Below, piece by piece: positions 37,982 to 48,730 of a stretch of 64,000 nt of DNA. The notes beneath the pieces are model-generated. The model did no database searches. It was not told the DNA's origin and saw only the letters and a program-made list of their open reading frames with translations. Source of the stretch: Tubulanus polymorphus (lineage: Eukaryota > Animalia > Nemertea); assembly GCF_964204645.1 (NCBI RefSeq), contig NC_134025.1, forward strand, positions 12,772,001 through 12,836,000. Direction: 5' to 3'. The position numbers and the translations under genes were made by a program. Each line of letters opens with the position of its first letter. Positions within the stretch are counted from its first letter, which is position 1.

Positions 37982-39130
37982 ATGAAGTATTTGCAGAACC
38001 AATTAAATTTTGCTGTTTATTGTGCAACAACAGGTTGTGGAATTAGTTGGAATGATCATTTGAATAATTCTAAATATAAATTAATTCAACATTTATTTAG
38101 ATTTCATACATACTTTCAAATAAGAATAATATTAAATGAATTAGAGTGCGCTTTACCAGGATGTAGGTATTTTAAAGAATTAGATAATAATATTAATTTA
38201 TCAAAGTTTTATAAAATTTGTAATGAATTTAATATAGATATAAATAATTCTGATTTTAGAACAAAAATTGGAACAATAAGATCACTTCCTTGCCCTAAAA
38301 AGATTGCAGAATATTGTGCACTTCCCATACCATCTAATAGTTTGTATAATATCTATAGTAATAAATTAGGTTATGGTAAAATAGAAACTAAGGATTTAGA
38401 AACATTAAATTTCAATAAATTACCGACATTTTATGATAATTTAAAACAAGAAAACAATAATGGTTGGGTTTATTTCATTTTAGAAAATAATGAAGGTTTT
38501 ACAAAATCAGGTATACAAAGAATAAATCAATCTAGTAGAATTTATTTGATATGTATTCTAGGTGCACAAGTTGAAACAAGATCACCGATAATTGGAAATT
38601 TGAATACATCATTCGATACACAAAAACAATTTAAAGTTTTATTTGAAGAATCCATACATAATGATAAAAATAGATCGATTCCAGAAAACATTGTAAGATA
38701 TCAAAATTATTTAGATAAATCACATATTAGATTAAATTATTGTATAGGCCCTAATCTATTAATTATTTCTAATGATTTAGTATTAAAGATGGGAAATATA
38801 ATTGGTTATAATAATCTAATTAAAACTGCAACAATAAATAATTCATTTGGATTGAATGATATAAATAAAAAGATTATCACTGCTCCAAAATTAATGGAAG
38901 GTGAAAAAAATAAAAAACATATTCAATCAACAGAAACTAAAACTAAGAATATTAAATTGGATAATGACTCCAAAATAACAGATTACAATACATCAGAAAA
39001 TATAAGAACTGATAATATTCAACATGATATAATTAAAACTTATAATGATAATAAATCCCATGAAAATACTAAATTAGCTTTAACTTGTATAGGAATTGTT
39101 ATAGGAGGAATATTATATTTTAAATTTTAA
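37982..39130 (+). CDS. Conserved hypothetical protein with C-terminal TM anchor
   Basis: Homologue of 11328-12470; start placed at MKYLQNQLNF by alignment (the track ORF starts at 37904 through read-through of the upstream gene). Confidence 0.8.
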   Translation: MKYLQNQLNFAVYCATTGCGISWNDHLNNSKYKLIQHLFRFHTYFQIRIILNELECALPGCRYFKELDNNINLSKFYKICNEFNIDINNSDFRTKIGTIRSLPCPKKIAEYCALPIPSNSLYNIYSNKLGYGKIETKDLETLNFNKLPTFYDNLKQENNNGWVYFILENNEGFTKSGIQRINQSSRIYLICILGAQVETRSPIIGNLNTSFDTQKQFKVLFEESIHNDKNRSIPENIVRYQNYLDKSHIRLNYCIGPNLLIISNDLVLKMGNIIGYNNLIKTATINNSFGLNDINKKIITAPKLMEGEKNKKHIQSTETKTKNIKLDNDSKITDYNTSENIRTDNIQHDIIKTYNDNKSHENTKLALTCIGIVIGGILYFKF

Positions 39131-39148
39131 ATTTTTTTTATTATATAA

Positions 39149-40600
39149 ATGGATGTAGAAGGTGGAGAAGATATTGGAATGGATAATTTTGATGAACCTG
39201 GCATAACTGATGAACAACCACCTGATTTTGATGAAACAAGTTTTAATGATGGTAATGAGCCAGAATATAATAATAATTTGAATATGCCTGATTATATTAA
39301 AAATGCAGAATCACAATTAAATCCTGAAAATTTATACCCAGATTTAGTAGAACAAGATTTAGATAATTTAAACAAAATACCTAAATTAGAACGTATAATT
39401 GAAAATTCTAAACTTAACATAAATGATGAAGACGTTGGACTTTTAGCAGATCAATTAAAATTTTTAGATAATGGTAAATGTTATTATCGGTTGAAAGGTG
39501 ATTATTATATTGATATCACTTCTAAAAATAATAAAAAAATATTAGCGGAATCAACTTTGAAAAGTTTAAAACCAGATAAAATTAAAATAATAAGTAATAG
39601 TAATGAAATAACTGATGTTACACAAAAAGAAATAGATGATAATATAGACGTATTTAAACAAAAAATTAATGAATTATTTGAAATAATCAAAAAGAAATCA
39701 GAAACAGAAACAACTTCTGAACAGAATATAACTTCCAAAAATAGTAAACTTAAATCAAATAAAGTTCCAATTGAAAAACTTTTACCGAATGGATTACTTG
39801 ATGCAACAGATCAACAATTAGAAGATTTAAATATATTTTCTGATAAAGCAATTAGAGAAATTATTAGTATAAGACTTGCATCTAATAAAATTGCGCATGA
39901 TAAAAGTATAAGAGATTTTAAAATTAGAACTTTAGAAAAAGAATTAACTGATAAAAATAAAGAAATAGAACAATTAAAGTCTGATTTAGATTATCAAGTA
40001 ATTGATGAAATAGAATATAGGCAAAAAGAATTACGTTTAGAAAAAGAAAAAGATGATTTAGAATATAACATAGAATTACAAAAAGAAGAAATTAAATTAT
40101 TACTAAAATCATATGACTATAATATTAATAGATTAAAAGTTATTTTTAAAGATTTGTTAATAAAACCAAATTCTGACATATCATTGAAAGATAGAATAAA
40201 ATTGTTATTTAAATTAGAAGGAATAACAATTCTTTCAATTCTAACAGCTGTTACTATGTTATCTACAACAATTGGTTTAGCAATATCAAATGCTTTGAAA
40301 TCTACTCCTACTCCCAATAAACCAGATAAACCCCCAGGTAATAATTCTATACAAGATAAAGTTAAAGATGGTTTAAAGAAATTAGCAAAATATTTATGGG
40401 AACTATCTAAAAAATCTGCTGCAGCTTTACCAGGAATTATTGCATCAATTGTTGGTTTTATATTGAAATCTGCTGGGAATATTCTTAACTTTGCTGCTGA
40501 ACATATTATCTTATTTTTAATTACAGTTGTAAGTGCTATTATTTTTGGGTTAGTGAAAATGATATCAAAAAGATATCAAGAAAAAAATAATAAAAAATAA
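39149..40600 (+). CDS. 483-aa acidic/coiled-coil/multi-TM protein
   Basis: Intact ORF; heptad-like region and three hydrophobic C-terminal segments; present in all copies. Confidence 0.85.
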   Translation: MDVEGGEDIGMDNFDEPGITDEQPPDFDETSFNDGNEPEYNNNLNMPDYIKNAESQLNPENLYPDLVEQDLDNLNKIPKLERIIENSKLNINDEDVGLLADQLKFLDNGKCYYRLKGDYYIDITSKNNKKILAESTLKSLKPDKIKIISNSNEITDVTQKEIDDNIDVFKQKINELFEIIKKKSETETTSEQNITSKNSKLKSNKVPIEKLLPNGLLDATDQQLEDLNIFSDKAIREIISIRLASNKIAHDKSIRDFKIRTLEKELTDKNKEIEQLKSDLDYQVIDEIEYRQKELRLEKEKDDLEYNIELQKEEIKLLLKSYDYNINRLKVIFKDLLIKPNSDISLKDRIKLLFKLEGITILSILTAVTMLSTTIGLAISNALKSTPTPNKPDKPPGNNSIQDKVKDGLKKLAKYLWELSKKSAAALPGIIASIVGFILKSAGNILNFAAEHIILFLITVVSAIIFGLVKMISKRYQEKNNKK

Positions 40601-40624
40601 ATAATTAATTTTTTTGTTAAATAA

Positions 40625-41872
40625 ATGAGTGGGAGTTATATAAGTCCTTCTAAGATTTCTAGAATATCTAATGCTATTAAAGCAGAAAGATCTCATCATA
40701 TAATTACTCATAACCCTTCAAATATTAATCCCGATGAAACTTTATATGTTAGAATTCCTAGATTAACACAAAATACTTTTTATGTTCCAAATAGTATTTA
40801 TTTATCAGCCGATATAAAAGTAACTGGCCATGATAACAATTATGTTGTTGATAATGTTGGAAGGTATTTGATTAAAAAGTTAACAATAAAGATTGGTCCA
40901 GAAACAGTTTTCTCATTAGATGATTATAATTTATTCATGCATTATAAAGATTTATGGTTAACTAAAGAAAATAGAAATAATATGATATTTCAGGGTATTC
41001 AATCGGAAAACCATAATAAATTAAGATCAGGAGCTAATGACGCAATAGTAACTCGTGCCGCAGATAATTTGATTAAAAAGATTTATGGAAGCAAATATAA
41101 AATTCCATTAGACTTTGAATTGATAAATAATAATGCACCTTTATATAAATATGTAAATCAAGAAGATATTATATTTGAGATAACATTTGCTCCTGTAAAT
41201 GAAATTGTATTATCTAGCGTTGTTAAAGATATGGGATATAAATTATCGAATATATGTTTAGAATATGACACAGTAACTAATGAAAATATTGCTAGCACAA
41301 TTCAAACTCATTACAATCAAGGATTTTCATTATTATATGATTATATTGATAAATTTAAAACTGTAACTATTAATGCAAATGATGAAATAATTAATGAGAA
41401 TATTAACTTCCCAAAAAGATCTATTAAAGGTATATTAATATGTTTTACCATTGCAACATATTCTAATGGCGCAATAAAGGTTGATAATTATTATAATCCT
41501 GAAATAACAAAAGTAGAAATAACTATCGAAGGAATAGCAAATAAAATATTTTGTCAAGGAATGAGAATGATTGATCAATGGCCAGAAATTAGAAAGCATT
41601 TTATGAATGAAAAAGTAAAATCATCTGAAAATTGTAACATTAATCAAATTGATTATTATACTGGTAATAAATATGCATTATGGTTAGATTTTAGAACAAC
41701 AGAGGATAATTCATTACATGGTTCTGGAAAAAAATTACAAAACACTAAAGATGGAATACAATTATTTATGAAAAAGAAAAAAGGAAGCTTAAATTTCAAA
41801 ATGCATATTTATATCATATCTGATGCGCAATTAAATATTGTAAATTCACAATTAGATAGTATTCAATATTAG
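40625..41872 (+). CDS. Probable double jelly-roll major capsid protein (intact)
   Basis: 415 aa, beta-strand-rich, highly conserved among copies, and the only candidate of MCP size. The fold is inferred. Confidence 0.72.
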   Translation: MSGSYISPSKISRISNAIKAERSHHIITHNPSNINPDETLYVRIPRLTQNTFYVPNSIYLSADIKVTGHDNNYVVDNVGRYLIKKLTIKIGPETVFSLDDYNLFMHYKDLWLTKENRNNMIFQGIQSENHNKLRSGANDAIVTRAADNLIKKIYGSKYKIPLDFELINNNAPLYKYVNQEDIIFEITFAPVNEIVLSSVVKDMGYKLSNICLEYDTVTNENIASTIQTHYNQGFSLLYDYIDKFKTVTINANDEIINENINFPKRSIKGILICFTIATYSNGAIKVDNYYNPEITKVEITIEGIANKIFCQGMRMIDQWPEIRKHFMNEKVKSSENCNINQIDYYTGNKYALWLDFRTTEDNSLHGSGKKLQNTKDGIQLFMKKKKGSLNFKMHIYIISDAQLNIVNSQLDSIQY

Positions 41873-41902
41873 AAATATAAAGTTAAAATTAAGGATATAT
41901 AA

Positions 41903-43023
41903 ATGGGAGGTAAAAAAACTCCTAATACTAAAGAACAATATTTAAGAAATTTATATTACAACCCTGAGAGTTCGGTTGCTTATTCTTCTACCAAACATAT
42001 ATGGCGTCAAGTAAAACAAGATAAATTAGATAAGATAATCCCACAAAATTTAGTTAAATATAAAGATATAAATGAATTTATGTTAGAACAACCAACATAT
42101 ACAACACATAAAAAAATTGTTAGAAAATATAAAACTCGTAAAACTATGGTAAGTTATGTAGATCAACAGTGGCAAGGAGATTTAATTGATATGAAAATTG
42201 TTAAGAAAGATAATGATGATTATTGGTGGTTATTGAATATAATTGATATTTTTAGTCGTTATGTATGGAGCTTTATAGAAAAGATGCTGTACAAACATCA
42301 AATGTTTTAAGAAAATTTCTTTCGGATGATAAACTAAAACCAGAAAAAATACAATTTGATGATGGAAAAGAGTTTGATAATTCACTTGTTCATGAACTCT
42401 TAGATAATCATAATATTAAATATTTTTCAACCAAATCGGATAAAAAAGCAGCAGTTGTTGAACGATTTAATAGAACATTAAGAACAAGAATGTGGAAATA
42501 TTTTACAGCAAATAATACTTTTAAATGGATTGATGTTTTACCAAAATTGATAGAAGGATATAATAATTCTTATCATTCTTCTATTGGAATGAAACCTATT
42601 GATGCTAGAAAACCTGAAAATGCTGAAATTGTTTGGAATAATTTATATGGAGCATTTCTTGTAGATGATTTTGGTGAACCTAAATTTAAAGTTGGTCAAA
42701 ATGTTAGAATTTCTAAGTATAAAAAGATATTTGACAAAGCATACGATCGAAATTTTACTAGGGAAATATATAAAATAAAAAAGGTAATAACAAAAAAACC
42801 ATATGTCTATAAATTAGAAGATTTAGATGGTGAAGAAGTTGATGGGTATTTTTATGAAGAAGAATTGAGTTTAACTACTGAAAATCTAGAACAAGAATAT
42901 AAAATTGAAAAAGTATTAAAAACAAAAACTATTAAAAGAAAAAAATATTCTTTAGTAAAATGGGTTGGATGGCCAGATAAATTCAATGAATGGATATTAT
43001 CAAGTAAAATTAAAAATATATAA
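41903..43023 (+). pseudogene. rve integrase with chromodomain, one frameshift
   Basis: QWQGDLIDM, IIDIFSRY, QFDDGKEF, VERFNRTLR; chromodomain YKIEKVL...LVKWVGWPDKFNEWI. Confidence 0.92.
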
Positions 43024-43632
43024 ATGAATAAAGAATTATTTATATTTGAGCCTCATAATATGTTAATATCTGGCGTAACAAATTGTGGAAAAACTTATTT
43101 TATATTAAATTTATTAGAAACTGTTTATGAAAACTATTTTGATAATATAGTATTATTTTGCCCAACATATGAATTTAATCAAACTTATGATAGAAATATT
43201 ACTAGAAAAAATAAATTTATTATATTAGATCCTAAAACAGTCAAAGAAAATTTAGATAATTGTATTAAAATAGCAATTGATATTTATAAAGGATCAAATA
43301 CATTATTCATTATAGATGATTGTGCTAATCTACATGATTCAAAAATTAGAGAAAGTGAATTATGTTATTTAGCTTTCTCTGGGAAACATTTTGGGATAAC
43401 AACATGGGTTTTAAATCAAAAATATAATTCAATTGTTAAAGACTTTAGGGAGAATATAAGATTTCTAGTTTTATTCTACAATAAAGATAGAAAATCGATG
43501 AAAAATGCACTTGAGGAAAATGATATTATTCCACATGATTTACATAATGAATATATGGATAAGTTGAAAAATATTAAAAGATCAAAATTACTATTTAGAT
43601 TACAACACCCATTTAAATATGAATTTATTTAA
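43024..43632 (+). CDS. A32/FtsK-type packaging ATPase
   Basis: GVTNCGKT and FIIDD; intact. Confidence 0.9.
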   Translation: MNKELFIFEPHNMLISGVTNCGKTYFILNLLETVYENYFDNIVLFCPTYEFNQTYDRNITRKNKFIILDPKTVKENLDNCIKIAIDIYKGSNTLFIIDDCANLHDSKIRESELCYLAFSGKHFGITTWVLNQKYNSIVKDFRENIRFLVLFYNKDRKSMKNALEENDIIPHDLHNEYMDKLKNIKRSKLLFRLQHPFKYEFI

Positions 43633-44005
43633 ATTCAACTAGCTTGTTAATCTAGTTGAATTCTAGTTATTGGTAGTTGTAACAAAAATCAACTAGATTT
43701 AACAATATTTTAACTAGCTTGTTAATCTAGTTTAATTCTAGTTGCATTCTAGTTGAATTCTAGTTGTTAGTAGTTGAAACAAAAATCAACTAGATTTAAC
43801 AAGAAATAAACACAAACAACAATATTTCAACTAGCTTGTTAATCTAGTTGAATTCTAGTTACATTCTAGTTGAATTCTAGTTGCATTCTAGTTGAATTCT
43901 AGTTATTGGTAGTTGTAACAAAAATCAACTAGATTTAACAATATTTCAACTAGCTTGTTAATCTAGTTTAATTCTAGTTACATTCTAGTTGAATTCTAGT
44001 TGCAA
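43632..44005. repeat. Intergenic array of ~11-bp ATTCTAGTT(G) units with inverted CAACTAG units
   Basis: CAACTAGCTTGTTAATCTAGTT blocks repeated four times with interspersed AATCAACTAGATTTAAC. Confidence 0.85.
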
Positions 44006-44033
44006 CATCACAACTAATTTTTTTGTTATATAA

Positions 44034-44639
44034 ATGGTAGGTGAAAAGAAAATAAAATCTAAAAATGGTGATGTTCCAATTGAAAAAACTTTAGATGATT
44101 TAGGAATAACAGAAAACAAATTAATTCCAGATGATGGTGCTTTAAATAATGTTACAACAAATAATAATTATGAATATTATCTTTATTGTAAACATCAATT
44201 AGAAATATTAATAGCATCTGGAAAATGTAAAAATTTTGTCGGTAAAAATTTAACTTATAATGAATTAGATACAATGAAATCAGATGAAATTATTAGATTA
44301 TTTAAGATTTATGAAGCCGCGAGAACAGCTAGAATTAATGACGCGATAACAGAAAATGTAGTAAAAGGTTATAGTAAATTATGTAATTATATACTACCAA
44401 TTGAAGATGAAAATAGATTATATTCCAATTTAAAAAATGATTATTTAGTTATGACTGAATTAAATAAATGGATTGGATATTCATCATTTCAATTAGGTGG
44501 ATTTATGACATTATTATCAACTGGGGTTATAACATTTTCAAATATTGAAAGCAAAAACATTTCTATAATAAATGAGCGAAGTGCGAGAGGTGAAGGAATT
44601 AACTGTGAAGAAAAAACCGAGATCACAGAAACAAATTGA
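44034..44639 (+). CDS. 201-aa hypothetical protein, homologue of 56137-56745
   Basis: Shared IEKTLDDLGI, YEYYLYCKH.LE, ARIND.I and LKNDYLVMTEL. Confidence 0.8.
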   Translation: MVGEKKIKSKNGDVPIEKTLDDLGITENKLIPDDGALNNVTTNNNYEYYLYCKHQLEILIASGKCKNFVGKNLTYNELDTMKSDEIIRLFKIYEAARTARINDAITENVVKGYSKLCNYILPIEDENRLYSNLKNDYLVMTELNKWIGYSSFQLGGFMTLLSTGVITFSNIESKNISIINERSARGEGINCEEKTEITETN

Positions 44640-44775
44640 ATGGTCTCGGCAATTAGGAATTAAATCACAAGAATATAAAAAAGCTGTAAAAGAAAAAATA
44701 AGTAATAAAAATGTTAATAAAAAATGGATTAATATTTTAGAAAAAAAGCAAAAAAAAAATAATTTTTTTAATTAA
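44572..44775 (+). CDS. Short basic protein related to the N-terminus of 5630-5998
   Basis: VKKKPRSQKQIEWSRQLG versus VKKKARSEKQIKWARELG; lacks the TM part. Confidence 0.55.
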   Translation: MSEVREVKELTVKKKPRSQKQIEWSRQLGIKSQEYKKAVKEKISNKNVNKKWINILEKKQKKNNFFN

Positions 44776-44895
44776 TTGAATATTAATTGAATATCTCACT
44801 ACTTTTGTCTATCTATGAGGAGCAATTAAATTGTCCAGATAAGTCATTTCGGATTCTAGATATTCATTATTTTTATTAATTTATTTTTTAAAAAT

Positions 44896-45222
44896 TTAAT
44901 CAACAATTTCTAAATCATGATGGCCATCTTCATTTTTTCCATGATAGATTATTTTAAATCCTTCTAAATCTTTTAATTCCTCTGTACTCAATGAAACCCA
45001 TTTATCAGGTAAAAATACTTTAAATTCTCGCGATGTACTAACATTACAGTAGCTTAAATTCGCTGATACTTTCTCTCCATATTTAGTTTTCATCTTTTCT
45101 AATTTCAATATTTTATGTTCAATTTCTTTTGTAACATCAACTAACTTTTTTATTTCAAATTGTTTTTTTGCTGGTTTTATTCTGTTATTTATTGTTGCTA
45201 AGAATACTTTTCTATCTCCCAT
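44896..45222 (-). CDS. 108-aa Polinton-associated protein starting at the inner edge of the right TIR
   Basis: Intact; homologue of 14996-15348. Confidence 0.75.
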   Translation of the reverse strand: MGDRKVFLATINNRIKPAKKQFEIKKLVDVTKEIEHKILKLEKMKTKYGEKVSANLSYCNVSTSREFKVFLPDKWVSLSTEELKDLEGFKIIYHGKNEDGHHDLEIVD

Positions 45223-45606
45223 TTATTAGGAAAAGAAATTACTTGTGGTGATGAGTGGGGATTACTTCCCTTGTATGTAACAAACACGCTATTAACCGTT
45301 CTCACCCAAGCCTCACAGCATCTATTTATCTGGGCACAGTTGACACGCAATCACTGTACTACAGTAATAGCACACGCGTTAATAACCGTTATCAGTAGAG
45401 ACTCACTGTATCGATCTATCCACGCGCAGTTGTTGTTACGCGCACTCACTGTATATGTGTGTCACAGAGCAATCGTCCGTTCTCACTAGAGCCTAGTTGT
45501 GATGAGTGGTGTCTCATACTCAATTGAATTATTACTTTTGGTGATGAGTGGTGTCTCGTCCTCTCGTCCTCTGATCTGAAACCCCACTTTTCCTACTACT
45601 TATATT

Positions 45607-47094
45607 TATTCACTAGAATACGCTCAGCTTTGTACCTTTCAGGGATGGCTCTTTGTGATTGTTTCCCGATCAATTCTCGTTTACGTTCAGCTTGACGTTT
45701 TTCAGGGTTAGCTCGCATGAGGTTCTTGTGTTCTTTTTCTTTTATGCGCTCTGCTTCGCGTTTCTTATCATCAGTTCGCATTTTATGGACCCATGCAAGT
45801 TTTTGTCTCCTTCGTCTAACACACTTAATATCTTGATCCAAAAGATATTTATCTACCATGTGAGGGTGAGGTAATAAAGATTCAGATGTTTTCGAAAGAG
45901 CTAAATCATCATTATTATCATCTTCAGACATCAAATCAACAAATTTTTCAGATAATTTACAATCCCTACTTAATTGAGTAATTCGTTTCGAAGTTAATGT
46001 TTTGATCTTATAAGTCATCATATCAAATAGTGATAGTTGCAATTGTGAACATAAAGTACGTATTTGTACAATTATATCTTCAGGAGAACAGAATTCTAGC
46101 AAAACTGAAACACCTGAATCACAAACAAATCCATCAGAATTTCTACTATGAGGATCAAATAAGAACCAATGCTTTTTAAGGCCTATAATTGCAATACAAT
46201 TAGCTGTAGAAATGCCAGAGAATCTAATGAAACATAAGGTTCTTCAGCCATATCAGAATATATCAAGCCATTATATGAATTAAGTTCATTTAAATTATAG
46301 TTCTTGTTGAAGCATTTCATATATTTAGGTAAATCATCAAATGTAAGATAAGTACCTTTACTAGGCAATTTTCTGTAGAGCAGATCCCCAGCGTCAATCA
46401 CTAAGTTTATATCATTGGTATCCCACGATGATGGCGGTTTGTGTATAGCATACGTAATAGCAACTGCACAATTGGTAACGCACTGTTTCCCAACATCATC
46501 ATGCCTGTATCTATTCACATCACTTTGACAAAATGAACCCTGTACACATTTCAAAACAGGACCAGGATTTGTTTCTATATCACCTGAAAGGAGTAAACAT
46601 ATCATAAGATAATACGGTAAAAATGTATATCCACTGAATCCTTGTTGTATGAGCAATATGAACAACATTTTAACGATATAAATTTGTGTATATAGTTTAT
46701 TCAAGGAATCTTATTCATAACTGTCATTATTCATCACAGTTAGCATTTCATTGAATTGTACATACTTCTTTAATTTACGAATACGTTTTCTTCTACGCAT
46801 GTCAATCATTCCAGGAACAAACCAGTTATTGCCATTTAAATCATCATTCAAGATAAGTTTTCCTGAGGTTATCATGCAAGATATACAACTGAAAAATAAA
46901 TCAGTGGCATCAGGACAAGACATTCTAGTATTGGAAATATTGTAGGCACCTATATCATCAAACTGGATACAGCTTTCACAAAATTTATTATGACAGATTT
47001 GTTGCAAAATATTTTCAAAATTGGAGAGATACAGCTGCAGGAGCCATAATGAGGCATAGTAATAATTATCCGACGTTGACTCTTGATAGGACAA
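45607..47094 (-). pseudogene. Helentron N-terminal region: 2A-like peptide followed by a peptidase C76/BPLF1-like deubiquitinase domain
   Basis: LLLSGDIETNPGP (DxExNPGP at 46558-46581), then VQGSFCQSD...GKQCVTNC...W...IN.V...GD.LY; WFLFDPHS encoded at ~46145-46170. Confidence 0.72.
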
Positions 47095-48540
47095 TCTTTC
47101 TTTATATAGGTTTCTCTGGAAGACTTCATACTAAAAAATATATATATAAGTCAAATTTTTTTCAAATCAATATCTAAAGATTATTATCAGAATGTGACTG
47201 CCTTGTCAGTAAATTTTGACAGCTGAGCTACCACTAGCGCCATCTATCGAACATAAATTGAAGCTTTGCCTTTTAGCCAGCTAATAGAGGCAATATCATG
47301 CATTTTGGCTTTGCTAATTTTGTGACTAAAAAAAAACCCTCATCAACTTTTGATATTTGAGGTGACGGTAAACTGATACATAAATTCCATAGGCCTAATT
47401 TAGTCACACGGCTCAAAATCACCTGTGCCCGTGTGGCGGCAATGAATTGAAAATGATTGTTTGTTTGACGGGAATAACAAAATTTCTTATTGTTTCTTCT
47501 TTATATTTTCTGCATCCTTTATGTTCTAAAATCCATACGAATCCTTTTTGGAAGTTCGAATCTCAAGTTGGATACTTTGTTCTCAAAAGAAATGTGAAAT
47601 AAAATGCTTATAATAGGATAATTCACAGGGATTTGTTACAATTGATAGTGAATGAATAAAACCAATATCAATGCAGCGGCGTAGCTACCGGTGCAGTTGG
47701 TCCGACATATGACGCGTGACGGACCAATAATTACCAAGGTTTGATTCGTTCAAATTTGCATTAAAACATTTGGAGGGGGGTTAGGTTGTTAGGATTTGAT
47801 TTTTCTCGAAGTTATGGAAGAAATTATTTTCGCATTGCCTGATTGCGGCATTTCATCATTTATCGCAACTAACTGATCTCATTATATGTATCTATGATTT
47901 GGATATTGTCGGAGCCATCCTTTTCATTGACACCAGACACAGATCGGACCGCGCGTGGCAGCAGTCTTGAGTCTTATTTTGTCATTAGTCAATCAGATGC
48001 CCCAAGAACCCCTTGAAATTTTCTTGGGGGAGGACCCCCAAACCGCCCCTAAGTCATTGATACTGGTTTAATTCAATAACTATCACAATTGTGACAAGTC
48101 CCTGTGGATAATTGTAGAGAAAAACAAACATAACATGGACTCACCTGAGCAGATGATTGCTGTGGTTCATTCACTACTGTTTGGGTTTGAATTCAATTCA
48201 ATCAAATTATTTTTATTGACAGCTTTAAGGTTACACAAAATAAATCAATCGCCGATGAAATTTGCGTATACAATTTAAACATTGAATCATATTTAACGCA
48301 ATTAAAATAGGACAATATAACCTCGTTCAGATAATAAACAAAATTTCAATTTTGGGAAAAATATAGCAAATTCAAATTAAATCAAACTTTATTTCATTAT
48401 AAAATGGAATAAATATTTGATCTTAAAAAATCTTATTGATTTCTATATACCTGATAAATGATACACAAACTTCCTGGTTTGGGTATAATGTGAGATGGGG
48501 AAGTTCGTTGGATAAATCGAAAAGACCTGTCCCCATGTAT

Positions 48541-48730
48541 TAAAGATCCCTCTTCATAGAATAACCTCCACAAATTGCAATGAAAAATGCCAAACCATTA
48601 GGAAGCTACAGGACTCAGAATTTGGACCAAAATTGACATTTTTGGCACAAAAAGGTCACAGGACAGCCATCTTGAGTCCGATCGACCCAATTTTCTTCAT
48701 GCTGATGGGCCCTTGGGGGATACAAATGTA
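48541..48730. repeat. Partial duplicate of the HINE interior (~49295-49483)
   Basis: Shared CCATTAGGAAGCTACAGGA...GCCATCTTGAGTCCGATCGACCCAATTTT...GGGCCCTTGGGGGATACAAAT. Confidence 0.75.

Larger units (their letters stand above)
33413..45600. mobile_element. Polinton/Maverick-like element, copy B: both termini, 6-bp TSD, internal deletion
   Basis: TIR AGTA(A/G)TAGGAAAAGTGGGGTTTCAGATCAGAGGACGAGAGGACGAGACACCACTCATCACC at both ends; TSD TATATT at 33407-33412 and 45601-45606. Confidence 0.96.
27472..47094 (-). mobile_element. Helentron (Helitron2-type) rolling-circle transposon, decayed and split by Polinton B; termini not located
   Basis: Collinear minus-strand fragments of DUB, repeat region, Rep, PIF1 helicase and AP endonuclease; the reading frame context resumes exactly across the TATATT duplication. 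Confidence 0.88.

Noticed and set aside
42265-42310. Programmed frameshifts in the B integrase, C ATPase or C MCP
   Set aside because: The same genes are continuous at those positions in sister copies, so these are decay mutations or sequencing errors.
47100-48500. Helentron upstream terminus
   Set aside because: I could not identify a matching subterminal inverted repeat pair by eye, so the boundary is left undefined.
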